Program-made: the position numbers and the translations under genes | The notes under the pieces: model-generated | What the model was told of the DNA's origin: nothing | Databases searched by the model: none | What the model saw: the letters and a program-made list of their open reading frames with translations, nothing else | Shown: positions 13,936 through 24,456 of the stretch, piece by piece | Numbering within the stretch: the first letter of the stretch is position 1 | Layout: the number at the start of each line of letters is the position of its first letter | Assembly: GCF_009834535.1 (NCBI RefSeq) | Contig: NC_045696.1 | Coordinates: forward strand, 25,112,001-25,176,000 | Direction of reading: 5' to 3' | Origin: Camelus ferus | Taxonomy: Eukaryota | DNA length: 64,000 nucleotides

Positions 13936-14336
13936 AACACATTTTTATTATAAATTGTGATTGATGCTGTAAAAAAAAAAATGACAGAGGGGAATCAAAT
14001 AGTATCAATAGTATACATCATCCTCATCTATATGAAAGGAAATTATCAAAATAACTAGTTTTTACCTTGTAAAACTGTACAGTTAGAAGTGTCAATCATT
14101 AAGATAAGTGAAATTAGGACAAGTTCAGGTTGAAAGGGGGAAGATCTGCTTTTGAACTAGGCATATTGAATTTTAGAAGAATTTGAGACCCCTAAAGGAA
14201 GATGACAAATATACAGTAAAATATACAGAACTCAGAAGAGGCCTGGGCTGAGATAAATGTTTTGGAGTCTTGGTTTTGAAGACTTAATTAAAGCCATGGA
14301 GATGAATGATACCATGGAGCTCTTTAAAGACTAGAT

Positions 14337-14652
14337 AAAGCTGTACCATTTAATATAGAAACCACTAACTGCATGGTGGCTATTTACACTTGAAATATGG
14401 CAAATGTGGGCTGGTATGAACCTGAAATTATACCAGAATTTCTAAAACTTAGTCGGAAACAAAGTATGCAGAATATCTCACTGATAATTCTTTATATTGA
14501 TTGCATTTTGAGTTGATAATATTTTGGATATATTGAGCCATTAAAATTAATCTCATGTTTCTTTTTACACTTTTTGTTGTAGCTACTAGAACATTTAAAA
14601 TGATGCATGTGCCATTTGTGACTTGTATTATACTTCTACGGGATAACAGTGG
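14337..14652. mobile_element. MER33/MER3-like hAT-Charlie MITE
   Basis: AATATAGAAACCACTAACTGCATGGTGGCTATTTACACTTGAAATATGG...GCTACTAGAACATTTAAAAT...TTATACTTCTA over ~315 bp. Confidence 0.8.
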
Positions 14653-15844
14653 CATAGTGACAAAAGAGTGCCTACACTTGAGTTTGAAAAAAATCAAATA
14701 TGAATTTAATGACTTGGGAGAGAAGGCTTAGCTGCAGAAGATATTGTGAAAAGCAATCAGAGTAGTAAGAGAAAAATAATACTTACCTAGAACTAAGGAA
14801 AATAGCACATTTTGAGAGAAAATGTTGTTCTTTATTGAGTATGGCCCAGAAGTCAAGAAAGATGTAGATTGAAAAGTAATCATTGGATTTAGTGACTAGG
14901 GATTTTTCTGAAGGTAGTGACATTTATTTTGGTGGAGAGGGATGAGTTGAAGTCATTAATGAACAGAATGTAAAAATTGGGAGGTCGGCAGGGCAGATGA
15001 ATCTTAGAACTTTGGTTACAAAGAGGAAGTGCGATGAAAAGATGTGTTTTTAATATGAAGAGACTTGAACGTATTTAAAACCAAAGAGAGTTATCCAGAA
15101 AAGAGGGAAATATTCCAGATTCAGAAAAAAGTAGAAATAATGGATCGCATGTAGAGTCTGTGAAGAAGAGTAAGAGAGACTTCCTTCCAGAGCACTCTTC
15201 ACATTTTAAAGAACTATGTATCCACCTATACCTACCATGAGACTGCACCTCCAAGAAGATAGAAGCTGTATCTTCTTCCCTGTCAAATTCTCAACACCTA
15301 CTATGAAGCGTAGGTGTTTCAAAGTATATTTACTTCTTCAAGATACATTTACTACTTGAGGAAAATTCTAGTGTTGAATGTATGTAAATTTGTGATGTGA
15401 ATTATGGTTGCATTGAACAGTTCTTAAACGTGAGATTGTTACTGAGGAGATTACATCACTTTGTAATTTACTATTGTAATAATACCTCCTCCCCAAGATG
15501 CTGCTGTTGGAACCATGTCTGTGCCAAAGCTGTCTGCCAGGACCAAGCTACCCATACATTGAAATGAATATGGAAAAAAAAAAAAACTTACTGTTTGGGA
15601 ATGACTTAATGATTGGACTCTTCTCGTTTTCTCCTTCCCTTATTTAGTACACGTGCCACTTGTCCTGGTAATATATCTTCTCTATCGGTCTTAGACATGA
15701 TAGAAACATACAAAGTCCAGGCACTGTGTTGTTCGAACAGTGGCCTCAATCTGTTATAGATCAGTATACCCATTGTTTTCTGGAAAATGAATTTGGAAAA
15801 AAATACAGAAAAGTTCAAGAGATACTGTATTTTGAATAGATAAT

Positions 15845-16090
15845 ATTTAATGAGCATTTAAATTTTCCATAAACTGATGTCTAAGCATTTAGAGCAATAA
15901 TTTATTTCATCCTAAAAACAACTTTTGGAGTAGATACTGTCAACACTGTCATTAGCAGCATCATTATCATCTTCACTTCATGAATAAGAAAGGAAAGACA
16001 CGGAAACTTTAAGCAACTGACCTAAAGTTACACAGTTAATAAGTGCTAAAACTGAGATGTGAGCCCAGGTATTCTGACTCTGGCTCCCAA
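15845..16090 (-). mobile_element. MIR SINE
   Basis: TTTAATGAGCATTTA...TTTAAGCAACTGACCTAAAGTTACACAGTTAATAAGTG...GAGCCCAGGTATTCTGACTC. Confidence 0.75.
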
Positions 16091-19000
16091 ATTTGTATCT
16101 ATTAGGTTATTCAGATTTGCCAAAGCCAGATGGAAATAGTAGTTATACTTAGTAATTATATTCACATAATAACAGGGACTCAATAACTTTATGAAGTAGG
16201 CATAAGGTATTAAAATGCTCTTTTAAACTATAAAGGAAAGAAAAGTGGGTAGATGGAAAAGTGCCTTGAGATCTGGCCTTAAATACCTTTCCAGTATGCA
16301 ACTGTAGCTTCGTCAACAAGTGAAACCTCCATTAGTCTCCGTGTCCTCCTCTGTAAAGTCAGTTGCTTGGACTAATTGTCAGGAAAGTAATTTGGAACCA
16401 TTAAAATGATGGAACTCTTGAATATTCTTGGAATATTCCTATTAATAGATTTCATGTTTAAAATAATCATTTTAGCAAAGTAGGCTACTAGATAGTAAAC
16501 GATGGATATGTAAGTGGAAAAGGACACTGTCTCACATTTGCAGTAAAATCTTTGTGAGAGAAATCTCTTTAATTTTCCTTTTAAAACATTTTTAACAAGG
16601 ATGATGGATGACTAATTAGATGTTAATTGTTCATTTCTACTGATTAGGAAATGTAGGAAGAGTTTTTAGAGCATTGATTTCATAAGGAATGACACTTGAA
16701 TCGTACCCATAATTAGCTTATTACATTTGGCTGCTGTTTGAATCTGTGCATTGGGAATGATTTAAAGAGATTAATCTTTTTCAAGGATCAAGTAAGCACT
16801 GATATGTTATTGCCCTAGAACACCTTCCAAACTTACTGAAACAATGATGTTACTGATTCTGTATGATATATTGATATGTGTTGTTAGGTTAAAGGGGAAA
16901 GCAAGAAATTTAGCTCTTAGGTTGATCACAGCCTCTCAATATCAGTTATTAAAAAGGTTACACAGTTAACAGCCTTATGCCTCTTTTAATGGGGAAAATT
17001 TCATGGTGCTGAACAATGGAAAATCCATTTTTCAGTGTGTACATCAAAAAAGAAGCTGTTCTGTTCTTTGCCCAAACTTGTTGGATATAAACCCTCCTTT
17101 CATCTCAGATTGACAGAGAACTGCCAACAGCGGAGGAAAGAGAAAAAAAAAACGAGAGTGCTCAGCTTAGATAAAGAAACTGCAGACATTTTCAAGAATA
17201 ATTTAACAAATACTTGTGTGCCTAGTATCCAGCTTAAGAAGTAAGAACATCATGAGCAGAATTAAGGTCTCAGCATTGCCTGAGTTTGGAGTATATTATT
17301 CTCCAGCACATCTTTATACTTCTGCTGCATAGGTATGTATTCCTAAACAATATGTATGTGTGTTTTTTCATTGTTGGAATTTGATGGAGCTTAATAAATG
17401 ACTTTTATTCTCTTTGCTTGAATTCAGAATCAGTTGAGAGAAAGATTAAGAAAATCAGGAAGACAGAGGTCACTTCATATCTGGCTAAGAGGATGAGGAT
17501 TAGTTCTGCACCAACAATGAACTCCTGAGTTCTGCCCTCCAGAATCAGGGTAACCTACTCATTGCCTAGAAGGACACAACAATTGCAGACCTTCCTATGT
17601 GGTACTGCCCTCAGGAGGAGATGAGATGCATCTCTGTTCACTAACTCCCAAGAAGGAAGAGTGTAGAACAGAGTATCCGCAGAAACCAAGGAAAGAACAC
17701 AGGAATCATCAGGGAATTGCTTTGTCCATAATTAGCCAGGGTTTTCATCACCTACTTCCATTAAGGAGGAAGGGGAAAGATGGTTTCACAGCCCCACTGA
17801 AATAATAATATTAGTCATTGCAAAAATTTATGTATAACTTAAAGTTTTAGTAAAGCAGAGAGAATTGTATTTCAGATTATAGCCTTAATCAGGAAATTTT
17901 CAATTAAGAGGTCTCTTGAGATAGTGTTCTATTACTGAATTAGTAAACTGAGTGGACCCTGTTTGACTGATAGGGACAGATTCTTTAATCTGGAGTTGGA
18001 AAAGGCAAATGTCTAGGACTGCTTACAAAATTCTGTCCTATGTGTTTTATTTTTGCCTTACTATGCTACAAGTTTTGGCTGGATAACTAAGAGTCAAGCA
18101 TATTATTCCTTGCAAGAAAAGCAATGCCACAAACCTAAAAACAAAATAAACTTAATCTTTTTGAGATTATACATTTGTATATTAATTTTAAGAAACCATA
18201 CATTTATATAGATGGATTGTGCATTAATTCAAGGTAATAAAATGTATACATATATATGTTCCAGATTTACTACTGCATGCATAGCTTTTGAATATTTGCT
18301 TAGTCTTGAATAAAAACTCTTCTCTTTCCCACTGTTTCCACACCACTCATAGTTATGAGTCATAGCTTACTTCGTTTCATACAAACCAGATACATTTACT
18401 CTCTCATGGCCTCAAATAATACTGGAAACTTGAAAAGCTACTTCAAAATATAAATTGAATAAGAAAATGCAAGATGATCCAAAACAAACTCATAAGCATT
18501 TGAGGAAAACATAGCAGCATTCACATTTTGGAAAAGTGATATCAGGGCAGTAACCGAATTTTGAACTCCTTATGATAAGTTTTTAACTACTTATAGTGGA
18601 AAGATAATGGGGCAATCCCTTGCTGTCTGAGGAATGGGGAAAATGCTAAGGGACTTGCTATGTTCCCTGGGAATTGTTGATGCTGTTTGAAGGCTATTCT
18701 TGGATGTGGTATCTAGGAATCTTCCAGTTGGATGTCCCTCTGTGTGGATGTAAATATACCTGGGTATTTACTTATCCTTATAGGACAAAATAGTTATTTT
18801 AATTTCTTTCCCAACTGAATGGATTAGAAACTCTTAAAGTTAATATTTATTTTACTCATATTGAACCATCCCAAAATTTGTTAATTTTGATTGGATTTTA
18901 CTAAGATCGAGTTTAGAGTCACTGTGGTCATCTTACATGAGGAAAGTACTATGTGTTTGTAGTGTTCAGGAATGTGTGGCTTCCTACCACAGAACCAGGA

Positions 19001-19762
19001 AATAGTATGTACTGTAGTGTATACAGGAACCACATTTAGGGATGTGGTATCTGTGTCATTAGAAAGAATAGCACACTTTATTCATCAAGTTCCCTGTATA
19101 CATATGTAACATTGGCAATGTATAATTTATTTCTGTCTTCCTGATGACTTTATAACAGCCTACTGCCATCTACTGGGTTCTGTTCAGAACTGTCATGTTA
19201 TTCACCAAATTAAAACTGAGTTTTTATGAGTTTAGATTCTGATAGACTGATATTGAGATTTCATTGACTTTTAACCTTTCTTTACATCAGAGATTCTGAA
19301 ATTATTTAATGGAAAACTTGTTTAGTTCTTACTTAGTATAAATTATCATTTTATCTCATTGGAAAATTGGAATTCAGATCTCACCACTGCATTACTTTGT
19401 ATATCATCACTATGATTCTTTTGTTCCTATCAACTATTTAAATTTGTTGTATTTAAACCTTAGATTTCAAAAGTTTTTGTCAAATTTTTTTTTATTCTTC
19501 TGTATTTTAAATGATATATACCATGGTTACTTCCGCTATCTAAAGTGGGAGATAAGGTTTAAAGTAGCCAAATCTCCAATAAGTCTTCATGGCTAATAAA
19601 GTAACAATAATAACATACAATTTTACTTTATTCAAAAATAGGTACAATTATAAATAGAATTTTTGAATTTTATATTAAAACATAAATCATTCATTTGTTT
19701 CTAATGAAATTCTACTGATAGAATTTATCTAATTTCAAGGTTGGGATTTTGCTTTTATTTAT

Positions 19763-21420
19763 TTTTTTTTTTTCTGGATAAAATTTTTTTTAACATGTTT
19801 TATTAATTTATAATCATTTTACAATGTGTCAAATTCCAGTGTTCAGCACAATTTTTCAGTCATTCATGGACATATACACACTCATTGTCACATTTTTTTC
19901 TCTGTGAGTTACCATAACATTTTGTGTATATTTCCCTGTGCTATACAGTGTAATCTTGTTTATCTATTCTACAATTTTGAAATCCCAGTCTATCCCTTCC
20001 CAACCTCCACCCCCCTGGTAACCACAAGTCTGTATTCTCTGTCTGTGAGTCTATTTCTGTCCTGTATTTACACTTTGTTTTTGTTGGTTTGTTTTTGTTT
20101 TTGTTTTTTAGATTCCACATATGAGCGATCTCATATGGTATTTTTCTTTCTCTTTCTGGCTTACTTCACTTAGAATGACATTCTCCAGGAGCATCCATGT
20201 TGCTGCAAATGGCATTATGTTGTCGGTTTTTATGGCTGAGTAGTATTCCATTGTATAAATATACCACCTCTTCTTTATCCAGTCACCTGTTGATGGACAT
20301 TTAGGCTGTTTCCATGTTTTGGCTATTGTAAATAGTGCTGCTATGAACATTGGGGTGCAGGTGTCATCCTGAAGTAGATTTCCTTCTGGATACAAGCCCA
20401 GGAGTGGGATTCCTGGGTCATAGGGTAAGTCTATTCCTAGTCTTTTGAGGAATCTCCACACTGTTTTCCATAGTGGCTGCACCAAACTGCATTCCCACCA
20501 GCAGTGTAGGAGGGTTCCCCTTTCTCCACAGCCTCTCCAGCATTTGTCATTTGTGGATTTTTGAATGACGGCCATTCTGACTGGTGTGAGTTGATACCTC
20601 ATTGTAGTTTTGATTTGCATTTCTCTGATAATTAGTGATACTGAGCATTTTTTCATGTGCTTTTTGATCATTTGTATGTCTTCCTTGGAGAATTGCTTGT
20701 TTAGGTCTTCTGCCCATTTTTGGATTGGGTTGTTTATTTTTTTCTTATTGAGTCGTATGAGCTGCTTATATATTCTGGAGATCAAGCCTTTGTCGGTTTC
20801 ACTTGCAAAAATTTTCTCCCATTCCATAGGTTTTCTTCTTGTTTTACTTCTGGTTTCCTTTGCTGTGCAGAAGCTTGTAAGTTTCATTAGGTCCCATTTG
20901 TTTATTCTTGCTTTTATTTCTTCTAGGAGTAAATTTTTGAAATGTATGTCAGATAATGTTTTGCCTATGTTTTCCTCTAGGAGGTTTATTTTATCTTGTC
21001 TTATGTTTAAGTCTTTAATCCATTTTGAGTTGATTTTTGTATATGGTGTAAGGGAGTGTTCTAGCTTCATTGTTTTACATGCTGCTGTCCAGTTTTCCCA
21101 ACACCATTTGCTGAAGAGACTGTCTTTATTCCATTGTATATTCTTGCCTCCTTTGTCGAAGATGAGTTGACCAAAAGTTGGTGGGTTCATTTCTGGGCTC
21201 TCTATTCTGTTCCATTGGTCTATATGTCTGTTTTGGTACCAATACCATGCTGTCTTGATGACTGTAGCTCTATACTATTGTCTGAAGTCTGGGAGAGTTA
21301 TTCCTCCAGACTCTTTCTTTCTCTTTAGTAATGCTTTGGCAATTCTAGGTCTTTGATGGTTCCATATAAATTTTATTATGATTTGTTCTAGTTCTGTGAA
21401 ATATGTCCTGGGTAATTGGA
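19763..21420 (-). mobile_element. Young 5'-truncated LINE-1 insertion (camelid/cetartiodactyl L1) with 14-bp target-site duplication
   Basis: TSD TTGCTTTTATTTAT at 19749-19762 and 21421-21434. Poly(T) on + at the left end, AATAAA on - at 19799-19804, 3' UTR 19763-20107, ORF2 C-terminus open. Confidence 0.97.
20108..21418 (-). pseudogene. L1 ORF2p C-terminal fragment (360-aa open frame including the CCHC zinc knuckle); lacks EN and RT
   Basis: [45 protein letters not shown] and [13 protein letters not shown] are canonical ORF2p motifs. The frame continues upstream (KFIWN...LPDF...KTAWYW) with one TAG at 21275-21277. Confidence 0.95.
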
Positions 21421-22309
21421 TTGCTTTTATTTATATTTTTGTGTAAGTGTCACTCTGTTTTTAAGCTAAGATTAGAAGTCTGGTAAGGTTATATATAGGA
21501 ATGTAATTTATTCATTGATTTCAACCGTATTAGATAGTATAGTTCTATTTGCTACTATTTGTATATGTTATATTTTTCAAAGCACTTCCTTTTACCTTTT
21601 TTCATAAATAATAACTCACAGAAATAAAATGTTCTCCAAAATTATTAATAATTCTGGTACTGATTTTTAAATAACCATCAATATTGAGATTAGTGGCTAC
21701 TCTGATACTACTCACAGTCAAACTCACAAGCATAATAGACCCCACGGTATAATAAGCTATGATACAGACAAGTGTTTCAAAAGTGGGTTTTATTACAGTA
21801 TCTTCCCACGTGGAAATGCTCTTATAGCTATGTTAGAGTGCTTCTCTCGAGTTGCAGAAGAACCATGACTGGTAGGAATAAAATTGGGGGCAGTAATGGA
21901 ATAAAAATAAAGAAAAATTAAATTATAGCTGTATTGGTTTGAAGACTTAGGAAAGTAGAGAAATGCAATATTTCAGATACTATTAATAATACCATATGTG
22001 ATTTGTGTGGCAAAATATGTATAACAAAGTAATAACACTGTGAAGAATCTCTTTTGCAGAAGCCTTCCGATCATCACTTCTTCCTCCATGCCTCGTTAAC
22101 TCCACATGTAGTCATTTACCAAAAATGTTTTGTCTCCTACTTCTATGCTTTCCTTCTCTCCTTGTTACTGGCTCTCTTCTCATGTTGCTATTGACACTGC
22201 AGTAACTTTGATTGGACTCCAGCCCTCCAGTATTCTATTTCTCCAGTTCATTTCCCCCACTTCCCAAAGCTAAATTTGAAGAACAAAAGGTGGAAAGGAA
22301 TTAGGATTG

Positions 22310-22480
22310 AAAATTTGTCATTTGCCAAATACTTCCTGAGCACTTTACCCAAATTTTCTTAACATTCAAGAGATAGACTAGCACTAATTTGCAGGGCATG
22401 AAGTTAAATGTTGAAGAATTCCCATAGATAGTCTAAGTTCACATAGCTAGTAAGCGTCAGAAACATGATCCCTTCCCAAG
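22310..22480 (-). mobile_element. MIR fragment
   Basis: TCTAAGTTCACATAGCTAGTAAG matches the MIR core. Confidence 0.5.
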
Positions 22481-22587
22481 TCCCCATTCTGTCTGTCCCA
22501 AACTAGCTAGATGAGAAAGCTTCCTTAAGGTATGTGTGTTGTTGCATTTCAATATCATTTCATACTTTAATAATAAAGTAGTTTATA

Positions 22588-22825
22588 TAGTTGACCCTTG
22601 AGTAAAGCAGGGATTAGGGGCACTGACCCTTTGTGCAGTGAAAAATTGATAAATAACTTAGGATTGTCATTCTCTGTCCATGGTTCCTCCATATCCACCC
22701 AAGGTCCTGTGTCCGCAGATTCAACCAACCATGCATTCTGTAGTACTATAGTATTTACTATTAAATAATATCTACCTATGAGTGGACCCATGCAGTTCAA
22801 ACCTGTGTTGTTCAAGGGTCAACTG
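22588..22825 (-). mobile_element. MER8-like (Tigger2-derived) MITE, 238 bp
   Basis: TIRs TAGTTGACCCTTGAG...TTCAAGGGTCAACTG with TA flanks. Opposite orientation to the copy at 151-434. Confidence 0.88.
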
Positions 22826-22849
22826 TACTTAAGCAAAACTTTCATCTTG

Positions 22850-23060
22850 CCAAACATTCTTTTTAATGGTTTATGTATAGTAACCCATTTAATCTTAAGG
22901 AGAATCCTACCAGGTAGATACTACTATTATTCCTTTTTTCCTGATGAGAAAATGGGGCATAGAAAGTTAAATAGCATGAGCAATATTACAAAGTGAGGAT
23001 ATAGTACAGAAGTGATTTGAACCAATGCATTTCAGCTACAGAGTCCGTGTTCTTAATGAA
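22850..23060 (-). mobile_element. MIR SINE
   Basis: CATTTAATCTT...TATTATTCC...TGATGAGAAAATGGGGCATAGAAAGTTAAATA...GATTTGAACC...CAGAGTCCGTGTTCTTAA. Confidence 0.75.
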
Positions 23061-23555
23061 GGCACAAGATCCGGTTGTTGATTTGAATATATTTTTTGAC
23101 TTGAAATGAAACTTGAACAGTCTAATGATTGCTTATGAAAAGAGATTCTATAGACTAAATGTGAAATGGAAATTAAAATGATATTGAGGTCTTATAATTA
23201 ACAGTTAAAAAAGAAAACAGATTTTAGCAGTTACCTATTTTAAAACTATGGAAACTTGAGAGACTGAAGCCCTTTATGAATCTACAGAATGAAATTAGGT
23301 TAAAGAAAAGCTTTGAAAATATAGAGGGAAAAGGTAATTATGAGACTAACAGATGTGTCATGCTTAAGAAAACGAGAAATAACACAATAAAAATTAAATT
23401 AATGTTTGTACAAACTGATCATCTTTCTTGGCTTGAAGAGAGTCTTAATCATAAAAATACTGTTTAAACCTTGCCCACTTTGACAAATACTAACCTTCAC
23501 GTTGTTTTATGGCTTTTCAAACTTAGCTGGAGAAAATATTATTTTGATTCTAGTC

Positions 23556-23891
23556 TGCTATGTACTGAATGTTTGTGTTCCCCCAAATTATTATGTTGGA
23601 ACTCTAATCCCCAATGTTGTGGTAGTTGGTGTGGGGCCTTTGGGAGGTGACTGGGTTATGAGTGTGGTGCTTTCATGTTGGGATTAGTACCCTTATAAGA
23701 AAAGACAGGAGAGAGCTTGTCTCCTTTCTCTCTTCACCATGTGAGGACACTTCAGGAACAGGGCCCCCATCAGGAACTGAATCAGCACACCTTGATCTTG
23801 GACTTCCCAACTTCCAGAACTGATAACAAAATTCTGTTGTTTAAGCCACCCAGCCTATGATATCTTTCTTTTAGCACTCCCGAATAAGACA
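23556..23891 (+). mobile_element. MLT1A/MLT1A0 solo LTR (ERVL-MaLR)
   Basis: TGCTATGTACTGAATGTTTGTGTTCCCCCAAA...TGTTGTTTAAGCCACCCAG...TAAGACA. The 5-bp flanks are TAGTC / TAGTT. Confidence 0.9.
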
Positions 23892-23963
23892 TAGTTTCTA
23901 GACAAGAAAACTCTGACCTAAGCAAGAAAACTGTTGATTTTGTAAAAACGTTGGTTTACCTAG

Positions 23964-24456
23964 TGTTATGGGCTGAACTGTCTTCCAAAGTGATAGATTG
24001 ATGTTTTAGCCCCTAATACTTCAGAGTATGACCTTATTTGAAAATAGAGTCATTGAAGATGTAATGGTTAAGATGAGGTAACACTGGAGTAGGAAAGGCC
24101 CTTAATCCGATATGACTATGTCATTATACAAAGAGGAGAGAGGAAAGTCGGAGTGCAGACAGCCATGTGAAGACAGAGACACACAGGGAGAACACGATGT
24201 GACAGCAGAAGCAGGAACTGGACTGATACAACTGCAAGCCAGGAACACCAAGCATTGATGGCCACCATGATGGCCACCACTGGAAGTGAGAAAGAGACAA
24301 GGAAGGATGCTATCCAGACTCTCAGAGGGAGCATGGCCTTGCTGACACCTTGGTTTTGGATTTCCAGCCTTGAGAACTGCAAGAGTATAAACTTTTGTTA
24401 TATTAAGCCACCCAAAGTATGGCAGTTTCTAATGGCAGCCTGAAGAAACCATTACA
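23964..24456 (+). mobile_element. MLT1C-like solo LTR (ERVL-MaLR)
   Basis: TGTTATGGGCTGAACTG...TGACCTTATTTGAAAATAGAGTC...GCAAGCCAAGGAACACCAAG...GGCAGCC...ATTACA. Confidence 0.88.

Larger units (their letters stand above)
13675..15130 (-). mobile_element. L2 LINE (3' end at left), interrupted by a SINE and MER33
   Basis: TATTTATTAAATG...GAGCAAGACAGG...CTCATGGAGCTTACAGTTTAG is the reverse complement of an L2 3' end. Further L2 motifs follow (GGCCTGGGCTGAGATAAA, CATTGGATTTAGTGAC). Confidence 0.75.

Noticed and set aside
20610..21170. 186-aa hydrophobic ORF on +
   Set aside because: Antisense shadow of L1 ORF2; a well-known artefact.
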